Of a DNA stretch of 64,000 nucleotides, positions 1 through 12,450 are shown in pieces (the first letter of the stretch is position 1; each line of letters starts with the position of its first letter). The notes below the pieces were generated by a model. It had not been told where the DNA came from. It searched no databases and was given only the letters and a program-made list of their open reading frames with translations. The stretch lies in NCBI RefSeq assembly GCF_024521635.1, contig NW_026250436.1, forward strand, positions 1 through 64,000, read 5' to 3'. This DNA is from Tricharina praecox (taxonomy: Eukaryota). The translations under genes and the position numbers were made by a program.

Positions 1-276
1 GAGAGAGCTGACGACGACTCAAGGCTAGGCCGCGGAACTCCGATGCAAAGGAAGCGACGGAGCTACGCACTCTAGAGAAATCACGTGCTGAGGATCGGAA
101 CGACTATAAGTCGAACCGAGCGGGCAACCGAACCAAACTACAATCATCGCACCAAACAAACCATCGAAGAAACACCTTTAAGATTATTCCGTTTTGAATT
201 ATCGAAATTCCTGACTTTTATTCTACACTTGATACTACCATAGACTTTGACGACGCAAACTTGTTCCAGTCTCACA
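1..276. mobile_element. Possible insertion (LTR-like end) truncating the adjacent transposase relic; runs off the window edge
   Basis: Transposase-like coding sense on the minus strand (…LPIFKYAFP…CEGL) stops near 277. The minus strand then reads TGTGAGACTGG…, a TG start as in LTR termini. No second terminus or TSD is visible. Confidence 0.25.
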
Positions 277-1981
277 TAGACCCTCACAACGGGGGGAATG
301 CATATTTGAAAATTGGAAGCGCAGTCGATTTGGCATGCTCGATTATACGCTCTCCAGTCCAGTAATTGCGATTAGTTTATTCCAAGTACTCGAAGGCATC
401 ACGGACGGCAACCGCACCCTTCTTCGGCCATATGGGATTGTGTAGTAGTTGAGCATCAAGAATGTCATCTGGAACCCGAAGCAGACCTCCAGGAGTCAGG
501 AACGCAGACACCATGGGACCCCAACCCTTGTTTTTAGGCTGTGATGGCTGCTTGCCCTTTTCCATCCATATCCGCCGTTTTCCGTCTTTGGCATTGAAAG
601 TGGACTCATTGTGAGTGACAAGTACCAGAGGTTTCTCCCCTTCAAGTAGCCCCATTTGAATGTCAGTATCATACAATAGTATTTACTAAAATAAAATGAC
701 TGGTATACTACCTGGCGATACCTCCCAAATACCATCTTCATTGCAGATGATCATCATTCGCTGCAAATCTTTCCATTGGGGAATGAACATTCATGCGATA
801 GTCCACCACATCTTCTCGTCAGTGCTCATCCACGTAAACTCCTTTGTGAACAACACCGCAGTGAAATCCCATCTTATTGAGCCAACGACGAGCTGTACGG
901 GCACGGATAAGATGACTGGGTCCACCAGTTGGTCCAGCACTACTACCACCATCATAAATTGTAGTCGCAATTTCTAAGCAGTGATGTATCGTTTCTTTCG
1001 CCCATGCAGAATCCAAGTATTCACCAACTGCGCCAGCTAGACCTTGTCCGGTGATTTCTACCCCGCTGTCATGTCAGTATTTTATCTGCCACATAAACAG
1101 GTTGGGAACGTACTGTCGCCCATGCCAGCCACCCAGTCCCGAACTGCCATTTGTACCCCTTCATCATTAAACCAGGAGCGAGTCATTACAAAATACCCCC
1201 GCCTTCCTTCTTCAATTTTTCCTTCCCGGATCCACTGTAACTCCCACGTAACCACCTTTTGCGCAAAGTATAACTTCTTTCCAAAACATCTGGCTACCAG
1301 CTGTGCCATTCCCTCTCGAGTCTCCTTTGCCTTCCTACAGCTCTGCACCTTACAGAAGTACAAAACAGCCTGATGTCGAATGAGGTTCTGAGGGAGCATA
1401 TCCACTATCTTTTTGGATCTCAACTGCTTTTCCAGCAGGTCCATGGCTTGAGATCGCTGTAGCGATTTCTCTTCATTCTGCTGTGTGGGCCGGCTGATAC
1501 CGGACGCTGAAGTTCCAACGCCCGGGTCCATGACTGTCGAGCGCACAGTGAGAAACCCACCATCCAATGGCCGTGATCCTACAGCTGCCAGTCTCAACTC
1601 TGGCTGTGCCTTCTGTTTCCTTCTCTTGTGTTGTCTGCTCATTTCTGCAACTCGCTGATAATGAAATGTGGTATTATCATAGAGAGAGTTCCCCAACTCT
1701 TCGGCTGTAGCCATCAGATGCGCAAGTACATCCTCCCAGCCTCGCTTTGCATCCTCCTCCCCTTCCGTGAATTCACATTCATCCTCCTCCTCCCCATCTG
1801 ACAACCCTTTCCAGTGTACTGCTCCGGGGACCGCTTTCAACAGCGTTGTGGTACCACTTAAGAAACTCACAGGTGCTTCTAAATCTCCTCCGCTGTTTTG
1901 ACAGGCCTCTCTTTCCTCTCGGGCCTTTTTTTCCTTTCGAGCCTTTCTCATATGTTCTTGTTGCTTTCCAGTAATAGGCAT
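277..1981 (-). pseudogene. Degenerate intron-containing DDE transposase of the fungal IS630/Tc1/mariner-like type
   Basis: ORF fragments 1082-1981, 819-1016 and 377-676 are collinear. They carry ARTARRWLNKMGF, GVYVDEH*REDVVDYR, LVTHNESTFNAKDG (family consensus HDESTF), KxKGxGxMVSAFL and NYWTGE…ALPIF…AFP. There are in-frame stops and frameshifts, and an intron at about 1059-1112. Confidence 0.75.
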
Positions 1982-2341
1982 GCTGGGAGGCAGCTACGGT
2001 GTCGGTAACGGATGACGGCGTGTGTGCAATGGTTCAGGCGTGCGTGCGGCGGTTAGAACAAGCGTGTCGACGCGGTAAAAACGGACCCTTTTTGGTATGG
2101 CCCGGGCCAATATTGGTTGAGCAAGATGGCTATGAACTGGGAGTTGTTGTTAGTCAGTATTCAGAGAAAAGGATGGACCCCCCCCACGTACCCAGGACAG
2201 ACAGAACCAGCGTGGGGACGTAGAAAACGGGTTTTTTTTTCGGCCGTGCCGGAATGGGAACGAGCGGACCACCGGACGAGCGAACGAGAGAGCGAGTGGG
2301 TTGTTGACTGGAAGCTGGTGGTGGGTGTGAGGTAACTGGTT

Positions 2342-2418
2342 GCGAGATGGCTGACTGCGAGACGATGGCCGATTGCGAGATGGCTCGCGGTGAGATAGCT
2401 GGCTGTGAGATAGCTGGT
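2342..2418. repeat. Degenerate ~15-bp tandem repeat (GAGATRGCTGGCTGY-like, about 5 copies)
   Basis: gagatggctgactgc / gagacgatggccgattgc / gagatggctcgcggt / gagatagctggctgt / gagatagctggt. Confidence 0.7.
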
Positions 2419-5310
2419 ATTGTTGCGCCGCGCGCCCGGCGCTCGCCCGGTGGCGTATGCTGTCCAGTAGAGGTCCTGAAACCTTGCTGGGTGACCTGAC
2501 CGGCTAGCTGATTAGGTGTTTCTATTGGTTTGATGGTCTTCCAGGTTTCCCGGCACTGCTACTTCCTCCAGTTCAGAAAAAGTTGTCTGGGTGACTTCAG
2601 GAACTCTAGCTCGTCTCTAGCTCGCCTTTAGTTCGCCGAAATGGGTAGGTGGGTTGTGAGTAGTTTCCGGGATCAAGAACTAGACTGTATCTACAAGAAA
2701 ATTTGTGCTCAAGTTGCTCGACTCCTACATCCACGTGCAAATGATAGTCGACTCCATTTTCGAACCCGATTATGGCGAAGAGGATGTAGCGACGGAGTGT
2801 TACACCTAGCAAGCTGGCGCTATACCTCATATACATAGGAGTACATTAGTAGCGGTACAGATACCATTGGCCTTAGACGATTGGCAGTTACGCAGGAAGC
2901 ATTGCAAGAGTCAATCAACTCGCACAGTTAGAGTCATTAAAGTAATGACTCTAGTCACCGAGCAGGATTGACTCCAGGCAGTGCGTAGGAGGACTGGGTG
3001 GCGTAAAAAGGGCTCAGAAGTCAGGGATGTACCCTGAATGTACTCGGAGCTACTTACCTGGCCAGCCCGGCAGGGCAAGGTCCTCAAACCCGAATTTCAT
3101 GGCTAGACATCGTTATTGGTCAATCTGTCTTGATGGGTTTCCGGCCGGCCAGATCACCCGGCAAAGTTTGAGGACCTCTAGCGCCCACCGCCCCACCGAG
3201 CACCGCAAAAACAAAATCACACCAAAAATAAATACAATTAATTTACTGCTTTGGGAATTAAATAAGTAATTGATTTTTCCAAAGGAATGTTCCCTACCAT
3301 CAGCTCTAGGAGTCCCCAACCATATGTTCAAGAGCAAGGTGCTCTATCATTTGACAGGTTTCAAGGTGTGTAAACTGATATCAGTAAACAGATGTCATAT
3401 TCTTATAGGTTGAGGATAAGGATTGTTACCGCAAAAACTCCACACAGTAGGTTTCATGTCATTCATGGAGACTGAACTATGGTCAATCCAGTGATTGAAG
3501 CGACGGGTGATAACGATAGGGATGCTGCATAGCGGGTCACTCGGCCTTGACATTCTCCTCTCGTTGGGACAAGTGTATGAAGTACCATCTCGCAGTCATC
3601 ATAGCTGCCAATTGGCTGTAGATGATCATGAAACTCTGCCGTTGAACAGTGCTAAGTACGGTCATGATGTGAGTTGACCAGTTTGAACAGGAGAGTGCGG
3701 GTATAATCAGGATTGTGGAAACATTCAACTCAATTAGTCCTGCATTAGCGGCACACTATTTCCCATCCCCACCTCTGAATTTGCAAAACCTCGTCTTCAG
3801 GAGTTGGGGTTCAACACGGGTAATCGCACTAATATCTTTCCCAACTGACATACCCAACTCGACTGCAAAACCCCTCTATTCCCAGGCCTGTCGCTGAAGA
3901 GAGAGGCGCCAGAAACGAACTGGTAGGAAGCCTGGAAATGAGCGGCAGATGGAACCGCAAGAGTCAAGTTCCGCCCTTCCATCCCTAAGGAGAGCAGGGG
4001 CGGACTCGGCAATCACAGGATCCCGCAAGAAATCGGCAACCCGAAACTAAGGGCTGAAGTCAGGACCTGTCCCCACCGGCTAGTATCTAGCCCAGATCAA
4101 GAGCTCATCGACAGCGAAGTGCGGGTAGGTACCGGTATAAAACCAAAACCGGGGAACATCTGTTCAGAAATTGCCCGCGATAGAGAAATCAGGGAAAATT
4201 CCCTTGGACGCCGGTTAGGAGAGAACAGGACGAGGCTAGGAGAGAATGAAGATCAGCGATCTCTTCCCATGTCAGAGGAATAGCAAACCTCTCCTACAGT
4301 TCCACGACTTTATAGATGTGGGCTGCTAGGTCCACCCGTTCGGCGTTGTAACCAGACGAAAAACCCTGAGCAGGCGAACCTCAGAAACATCACTAGAAGA
4401 TCAAATATACCCGGTCAGTCCAGACAAAGCGAGAGGAAGTATAGAAGCGGCAAGGCGTGCAATACACTACCTACAGGACAGAGCGATTAAGGGAAGAGAG
4501 ATCCTGCTCTTTCTCCCTCTCCGTTATGCCCGGCAACGACGCCCGTAGACGAGGAGTTAGGGAAAGGGTGGGGCGAGACATTGCTAAAACCATGGCCGGC
4601 GGCGTTTGGGAGACCACCCAAGGAAATCCGAGGACGGGCGGAGAAACCAGAATACTATAGAATGCAGTTGTCGACGCTTCTTTCTTCTTTCCTTTCTTTT
4701 TTTCTTTTCTACTCTCGCCTTTCTCCTGTACATTCTCATTCTCTAGGACAGGTTCTGCGAAGGGCAAAGGCAACCTGCGTCTCACCCCACGCTCACGTGG
4801 GGATTAGTAGTAGGGAGTAACAGAGTGTGTACTCGGCCATGATCTAACAAGGTCAAATGCTATGATGATTAGACAAAAGCAATAGCGGAAGACAGCAATC
4901 TACCAAGAACCCCTCGCGCCGCCAGAAGGAGCCACACAACCGCCAATGAAGTCTTAGACCATACAACCGCATATAACGGCGATCAGTTGGCTCTCAAAGG
5001 GGTTTTTGATTCTGGTCGTCGGCTTTTCCAAGGGGGACAGCGCGATTGGTGGGTTCGTCACACTCTTTAGTGGTAACGAGTGATTTGAAGGTAAGGCAGC
5101 ATACTGTGTCACAGCCGCGGATCGTCAGCTCTTGACGTGCCCATGTTTGACTTTCCGGGGATTGATCGTGACCCTTCATTACGTCTACTCGAAATCCGAC
5201 ATTTCCATAGCGTATGGAGAGTATGTCATAAATTGATCGCGATGCCATATGTATCACTCGGTTGCAATACCAACCACCACATACTGCCGTGAGGAATCGA
5301 GGCTAATAGT

Positions 5311-5567
5311 CGCCATCGTCTAGTAAAGGCCGCATGTGACAATAAATTGATGTTCTCTCTCTCCCTAAACCAAGGCTGAACTAGATAGCGGAGTAGGCGG
5401 ACAATGAGCGTGGAGGTGTTTTTGTTTTGTACGTAGCGGCGCAGCACCGAGCCGAGGCGCCAGAGCTTTCTCTCTACCCGCGGAGCTGGCAGGAAAGGTC
5501 GGGAAGTTGGTGGGCGCCATAGTCTCGTAATGGCCGCATGCGAAAATAAATTCATGTTCTCTGTCTC
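5311..5567. repeat. Dispersed repeat copy 1, containing a ~53-bp internal direct repeat (5311-5363 and 5515-5567)
   Basis: cgccatcgtctagtaaaggccgcatgtgacaataaattgatgttctc matches cgccatagtctcgtaatggccgcatgcgaaaataaattcatgttctc. Segment 5402-5567 also aligns with 12451-12620. Confidence 0.8.
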
Positions 5568-5805
5568 TCTGAATCAACATTGTGCCCCCATTATGTCCTC
5601 CACACAGCAAGTTCCTTCGACGACAATTTCGATATAGGTATACATTAGCTTGCAGTGTTTCAGAGTAGTGATGGCACCATTCATGAATAGATGGCGATTC
5701 AGTCGGGTTCAACTGTGGCAAGTGCGACAACCTCGAGGCTGACGCGATTATCGCGGCGGATGTCGGGCGTACCGGTATTTGGAACCGGATGGGGAGAGCT
5801 GTATT

Positions 5806-6320
5806 CAGTGTTCTCCATCGCCCAGTCCAGAGGGTCAAAATGCCAGACGGCCCGAGCCTGGGATGGACGGTTGCAAAATTTGTCCGGCGGGCCCGAGCCT
5901 CGGACGGACGGGTCGGTCCTCGTCCAACGGTGGAGGACGACCGTCCAAGTCACGTGAATACTATTCGGCTAATTGATGATTTCTTAGCACCGATATGCAC
6001 GCACCACCGCGTCAGTCATCCCTCACCGCTCCACAAGCTGTGAAAAGTGGCAGTATTCTGACTCGGACGCCTGAGGTGCGGTGCCCGGCCACTATCACAG
6101 CGCTCTAGACACCAAATCTCACTCGGCCACCAAGGTCCACGCCCGAAATCAGGTTGTTACCCAAGCCTTGGCGGACGGCCGTCGACGGCCGTCCTGGGCC
6201 GTCCGTCCTGTCCGTTTGCTGAAAAAACCTTGGCAGTCACGTCCCAGCCTCGGACGGGAGGCCCGCCATCCGTCCTCGTCCGAGCCCCAGGACGGTCGGA
6301 CCGGACGATGGAGAGCAGTG
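5806..6320. mobile_element. Non-autonomous hAT-type DNA transposon (MITE), 515 bp
   Basis: TIR CAGTGTTCTCCATCG at 5806 pairs with CGATGGAGAGCAGTG ending at 6320 (2 mismatches in 15). Perfect 8-bp TSD GCTGTATT at 5798-5805 and 6321-6328. Subterminal GGACGG/CCGTCC arrays are present. Confidence 0.9.
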
Positions 6321-6700
6321 GCTGTATTCCGGTCACTTCTGCGCTTGTGGAGCAAGCATCGGGAGATTTTGGCGGGTACTTCATGGTCTGGCCTCGCTTG
6401 TCGATACCTCGCGTAAGGAGGACTGGATAGCGAATGTTGTCCAATTTTTGTCCATGTCGTCGCTTTGATGCTCGTGTCGGAATGGGGATGCGCATTGTTG
6501 CGGTGCTCTTATCTCCGCATACGATGAGGATTCGTCCGGAATCGACCACGGCAAATGCGTTACCACCAAGGCGAGAATATTTCCTCCAAGCATCGGCGAT
6601 CGCGGAGGCCCACTGTGTTGGGAACCTAACGGTGACGAGCAAAGAAGTTAGCCGTCCATCCGGACTGGACACCATCGTTCGGGCTGGGGCGGGACTGGAC

Positions 6701-7217
6701 AAGTGTTCACCATATTCCAGTCCAGTCCGTCTGGACCCATGGACGGGACTGGACTACATACATCATCCACTCTGTCCGGAGGTGTCTGTCGGACGGACTG
6801 GTCAACCGGTAAGGTCGGACGGGACGGATTGCAGTCGACTTCCAAGACCGACAAAAATCATAAGGCGACATGAATTACAAGAGAAAAGGTTCCACGCATA
6901 TTATCGGTGGTGGTAGTGGCTGATAGAAGTATGAGTGTAGTATGCGCACGGGCTGAAGATGACCCCGCGGCGTTGCTGGTACTGGACGACGATTGTGGCG
7001 CAGCTTTGCTGATACTGGACGAAATTGAACACACGATAATAGGAAATATTGTCGAAAAGAGTGGCACTTTCTTTCACTACCGGACTGCAGTCGACTGCAG
7101 TTCAACCCCGTCCAGCAAATTGGCGGACAGGACGGACTACTTTTATCCCGTCCTCTATGAGGCACGGACGGGAATGGATCTTGGCAGTCCGTCGAGTCCA
7201 GACTATGGAGAACACTG
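6701..7217. mobile_element. Second non-autonomous hAT-type MITE, 517 bp, same TIR family
   Basis: Left end AAGTGTTCACCATATTC. Right end GACTATGGAGAACACTG (reverse complement CAGTGTTCTCCATAGTC). Perfect 8-bp TSD GACTGGAC at 6693-6700 and 7218-7225. GGACTGG/GGACGG/CCAGTCC subterminal motifs are present. Confidence 0.85.
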
Positions 7218-7339
7218 GACTGGACAGGGCTCGGATTCCCAGCGTACGAATCATTGCCCTCCACATGCTTCCAATACCTCTCCAGAGGTTCGTTTTCGTC
7301 CGATGTCGGTTGATGGATCGTATAAATGACGTTGCAGTG

Positions 7340-8200
7340 GAAAGCATTCCGGGCTACTTATTATCGAGTGCCAATGTGCGTACTGCGCTCGTGGAACGTC
7401 GGATTCCTAGCAAGATGGATGGCACCTTGGTTGTCGACACACAGCTGCTGGAGTTCAATGGCCAGGGAGCCATCGTTTGAGAACAAGTAGTAGGAGCAGT
7501 ATTCTAAATTCTTATGGTCACTCACCGTACAGTACCCGAGCGTGTGAGGACCGGATTCGTATCGCTTCCTTGGCGGCATTTGATGCGCCGATACATTCTG
7601 CTTCCACTTTGAAGAATGCGATCAATGGCAGCTGCCAAGCTCACTATAAGATGTCACCTCCAGTAATAGTGATTATGCATCCGGAGCTATTAGAACGTTG
7701 GGTGGCAGCGGCTTAGTGTTCGGTTGTTGCAGCGGAATTGCACTTTCTTGAACCTGAGCCTAGTTTCGGTGAATGCGATATTAGGCATCAAACCAATCAC
7801 TGGCCACATGAGGGTTTTGAAATTGACTGATATTTGCGTTGCCATTCATAATCGAGTGATTGTCCCATGTCTGTATCCGAATCAATCTTCGGAGTTGGCT
7901 TCTAGTGGGTTGGGTGATCCTGAGCCCGTTGCATTGGGAGATCTCAGAGTTAGGAGTCCAGAGATGAAGGATGGAGAGGACGATACGAGGTATTGGAGGA
8001 CGTACTCCTACTACCGGAGTACATACGGCCGAATCATGGATTGGAGCTCCGCGGCTTTGGAGCATCCGCTGTATATCGAGAAAATCTGCTACTTCATGAA
8101 CATTGTATTGACAGTACCATCAATGCTGCTCTCCACCATATCTGACACGGTAATCTGTATGTAGACAGCTATAAGCCGGATTGTTAGTTCAACTACAGCT
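7340..8200 (-). mobile_element. Degenerate Ty1/copia LTR-retrotransposon pol relic (RT C-terminus and RNase H)
   Basis: Minus-strand peptides PNIAFT (~7768-7785, resembling RPDIAFAV), EAECIGASNAAKEAI (~7561-7605, resembling EAEYIAAS..AKEAI) and CVDNQGAIHLARNPTFHERSTHI (resembling CDNQGAI.LAKNP.FHERTKHI) occur in the correct order, broken by stops and frameshifts. The boundary above ~7800 is approximate. Confidence 0.8.
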
Positions 8201-9761
8201 TTGGCCGCACCTTGTCTGCTTTGGCGACGACAGGGAATTCCTTGCCTCTTCGTCGATCAGGCTTCCGTTAGCCTCAACGTTGTAAAAGTGGAGGTGAAGA
8301 AAGACGTTCAATATCGGCAAAGTCCCGTTGACAGAGCAGGATGAAGCTGATTCATTTTGGTTGCTGGCTCAGCTCAGGAATGAAGACCGAATATCTCCTA
8401 GGAACCGCCAAACCTAGCCCACATCACCACCCGGGCTGCCAGAAATCCACCCGTGGTGCATCATCACCTCAGGCGATGCAGTGAACATTGGGGACCACGG
8501 CCATCGTCATGGGCTCTGACAACACCTGGCACCGTCGCATAGATCGAGCATGTCTCTCAACTACTGCAGCCGTGCAGACCTATCGACGAACTTCTGAGAG
8601 ACGATCGCAATTGTCGCTCTCGAACTCGAGGTGAGGAACGCCCACTTGCGGGATCATTTCCCTAGTCCACGGTTAGCTTTGGCGTGGATGAACGAAGCAG
8701 ATTCTTTGATGCCCAACTGATCACCGTTTAGACAAAGTGGTGCAGTATCGATCACGGTCCGCAATGAGGGGGGTCACCAATTGGTCTTGCGCTTGGTTCC
8801 GGAGATCCATCGAAGACGCCATAAAGGCTGTTCTGACAAAACCTTGGGGTATAAAGCGTTGTGATATACGGCGAAATCGTAACCTAAAGATGTGGGGTGA
8901 GAAAAGGTTGATGCTTCAGCTACTATACAGCGTGAGAAGCTCCTCCTGTAGCTCTCAACCCAAATCTTCCTTCGCGCTAACCCTACTGGACCACACCGCC
9001 AGCCTCGTCCTTAGTCACCATTCGGCCAACTGTCCGCTCTCGCTTCCTCGCCCGGGCGGGCGTCGCACCAGCTCTTATCTTATCATATCTTTCCTTCGAG
9101 CCATTACCATGATGCTCAAGCCCCAAGTGGCCCTTGTTCACATAATCTTCTCATCCTTTCAACAGTCAACACATCGATGCGCGCTCTGAGACTCTGAGCA
9201 CGCCATTGTCGAAGCAGATGTCGATTCCAGCTTGCGAAGAGTACACGACTCACGGAACCTATAAAATACGTCGTGAGGCCGGTCTACGTCCTATACGTGC
9301 TGTTTGTATGATCATATGCTACTCATAGCCAACAATCTATAAGTCGCAGGCTGGTTGTATTTGAATGTGAGCTTCCAGCAGTCAAGTCATCTGTCCAACA
9401 CCCCGCCTTACATCCGACGAAAGCCGTCCAGACGAATACTCGGACGCCTGCAGCTTCTCGTTGTGTCTCCCGCACTTCACCCTAACCCTTAGCATAAGGC
9501 TTATCATTCCCCACACCAGCCGGTCCTGCTCTTTGAATCCCTGTCCCGTCCCTATCCTGCGAACACCCCTATCACAAGACCTGCGGAGCCCGCTTTCCCG
9601 CTCCCAAAGCTTTGCACCCAACACCAGCGACTCCGCGGCCACGCGACCTCGAAGGTCCACTCTCGCTTTCCTTCAGCTCATAAGCTCCGACGACGTCTCT
9701 CACTCGCATCTCGACGGCAATCCGCACACCTACTCCGCGCTGACCTCGAAACTCTGCAATC

Positions 9762-12069
9762 ATGACCGAGGTTAGCTCTTCGGAAGCTTCGCGCCCAAAG
9801 CCCCCACGTATACGGTTCTCGCCCGCGATATCGTCACGCGAAATCTCGCCAGACCGCAGTTCTTACTTCAACGGTCACGGCAGCAGCTCCGGCTCCGAGT
9901 CGGACGATGTCAAAGCCTCTCTTTTACCAAAGCCCGTCGGATGGGCAACACGTCGGCGGAATTACCGTGGCTGGTGGCGGGACAACTGGGGGAACGCCGT
10001 CTTGATCACCGCCTTGGTGGTGTTGTCGGTGGGGTTTGGGACGATCGTTTGGGAGAACGAGGGAGGTTGTGAGTCTATTTTTTATTCAGGGCTGGTGAAG
10101 AGATTTGGGCGGGAGCTTGAGGATATTTTCAAATTCGAAGGCGACGTGCTGCAGCATGTGGTTAACATTGATGGAAAGCTCTGTCATGTGCTATGTGTGT
10201 TTTCCTGGTATTTCACTGCAGGCAGGACATGGATTTCTCATCTCGATTTCTTATGTCTGTCGCTTTCAGGTGCGGGGGCTGACGTATTGATTAATAGCCG
10301 AGCCTGTTATCGACGACCCGGAGCTTCTTGTGACGGCAAGGCATGGTGTGGTCAGTTCGGATGTCGATGTGTGCAGTCAGATCGGAGTCGATACCATGAA
10401 AAAAGGCGGGAATGCCGTTGATGCGGCCATCGGTAAGCTTAACGCCTTGCAGCTCGCGTAGTGCTAATGCATGCAAATAGCTACCGCGGCCTGCATCGGA
10501 ACCATTAATATGTTTGCGAGTGGTGTCGGTGGGGGTGGCTTCATGGTCGTGAGGATGGCGGACGGTACATCGAAGAGCTTCAACTTCAGAGAAGCTGCGC
10601 CAGCCAAGGCTTCGCGAGACATGTATAATGGTACGCCACCACGACTCTACCAAATGCTGAATCAAACTGACTGTGGGTCCACAGAAAACGCCTTGCTCGC
10701 CCAGGTCGGGGGTCTTGCTGTCGCAGTTCCCGGAGAAGTCCACGGTTTTGCTGCTGCACACCAGATGTTTGGTGCCCTGCCGTGGAAGGATGTTTGGGAA
10801 CCCAGCATCAACCTCAATACCGAAGGGTTCCAGGTTACACCAACCCTCCAGAGTATTATCCTTAAGGAAGAGCAGTTCTTTTACGACAATAAGAAGGATT
10901 GGCCCTTCCTTTTCTCCGAGGCTGGCTCATTGGTAGTCACCAGCGATGTTGTCAAGCGCCCAGAATATGCTGCTACCTTATCCACGATCGCCGGAAACGG
11001 CACTGGAGATGTCTACCATGGCGTTCACGAATTTTATAACGGCTCGCTTGCCTCGCAATTAACACAAGCGATTCAAGCAGCGAATGGGATCGTCACGGAA
11101 TCCGACTTCTCGAAGTACTACACCGTCGTATCTGATACTGTCAATACGACCTTCTTAGGCAACGAGGTATTCACATGTCCTCCTCCTTGCTCCGGCCCCG
11201 TCATGCTGGAGGGCCTCAACATCGCCGAAGGCCTTCCTATGAGCGATCCCAAGGCACCTAACTCCCACCACTATCTTATCGAGGTTATGAAATGGCTATC
11301 CGCCGGACGCACCGAGCTTGGCGATCCATTCGACTCGATCGTCTCGGACAATGCAGTCCGGATCGCCGAACTCAACACTAAAGAATACGCCGAGTCTGTC
11401 CGCGCTAATATCTCCTCAGAGCGAACGTACTCCTGGGAGCACTATAACCCTGCATATGAACCCAATGACCCTAAAGGTACCTCTCACCTCTCGGTCATCG
11501 ACAAGGACGGCAACGCCGTGGCCCTCACTACCACGGTCAACCTGTACTGGGGCGCGAAACTCCATGACCTTGTGACTGGTGTTGTGCTGAACTCCGAGAT
11601 GGACGACTTTTCGATCCCGGGGCGCTCCAATGCCTACCATCTCGAGCCGAGTGTGTACAATTACATCCAGCCGTTCAAGCGCCCGCTATCCTCCACCGCA
11701 CCTACGATCATCGTTGACGAGAATGGCCACGCCATGATGGTTATCGGCGCATCTGGCGGAAGCCGGATCGTCACGGGGGTCTTTGAGGCTATCATCAAGA
11801 AGGTTGTGTGGGGATATAGCTTGCTCGATACGATCAGATCTCCAAGACTTCACCATCAGCTCATCCCCGAGGTTGTGTACTGCGAGGAGGCCGTCGAAGA
11901 TCGGATCCTTGTGGAGCTCGAGAGCAAGGGGCACGTTGTCAGCCGGAAGCGGCGGGGAGAAGCCGCTGGTGGCAGTGTTATGCAGGGCGCTTGGAGGGAC
12001 CCGGAGACCGGGATGATGGAAGGTGTTGCGGATTGGTGGAGGAAGGGTGGGAAGGCGAGAGGATACTGA
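9762..12069 (+). CDS. GGT: Gamma-glutamyltranspeptidase / glutathione hydrolase with N-terminal membrane anchor (ECM38/CIS2-like), 3 introns
   Basis: Motifs GGNAVDAAIA, SGVGGGGF, NFREAAP, GGLAVAVPGE, catalytic Thr in GTSHLSVID, NSEMDDFS, KRPLSS, IGASGGSRI and PRLHHQL. Hydrophobic segment AVLITALVVLSVGFGTIVW. Introns at about 10071-10297, 10433-10480 and 10631-10684. Confidence 0.95.
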
Positions 12070-12450
12070 TTTGGAGAGGATATTCAGGTCACAGCGGGGG
12101 ATCGGGTACATACGCATTGTCGAGCAATTGGGCTGTAATAACAGCTAGAGTCTAGAACTGTTTGGACTAGAATGTTTTGCCGCGTTGTTCTGTAACTGTT
12201 TTTCTGTTGGTATATATGATGTAAGGCGTTGACGTTTAATGATATCAATGATTATATTTATCCAAAGTACTGTTTACCTGTGTGCCCTGTAAGGCACTTC
12301 ACGTTGTTTTCGAACGTACTTGCTAGCGCAATGGTGACTGGAGCCGTCATGTCAGATCATTCGCTTCACGCCAGCCAATCGGTGCGCGTTGCTGCATGAA
12401 GTGTCACTAGTAGTGCCCAGCAAGGTACTGTGTTTATGGATTGTGCGGGC

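Noticed and set aside
3051..3063. TACTTACCTGGCC resembles the 5' end of U1 snRNA
   Set aside because: No downstream U1-70K loop (GATCA.GAAG), U1A loop (ATTGCAC) or properly placed Sm site. It is equally the reverse complement of a splice donor.
4347..4849. TGTAAC…CTAACA segment as a solo LTR
   Set aside because: The flanks (GGCGT and AGGTC) do not form a TSD, and there is no second copy in the window.
5806..7330. GGAC-rich repeats as a CRISPR-like array
   Set aside because: There is no constant repeat-spacer period or cas gene, the context is eukaryotic, and TIRs plus TSDs explain the pattern.
5691..7480. Many overlapping 65-180 aa ORFs
   Set aside because: They arise from the GC-rich, stop-poor GGAC/GTCC arrays of the MITEs and show no protein motifs.
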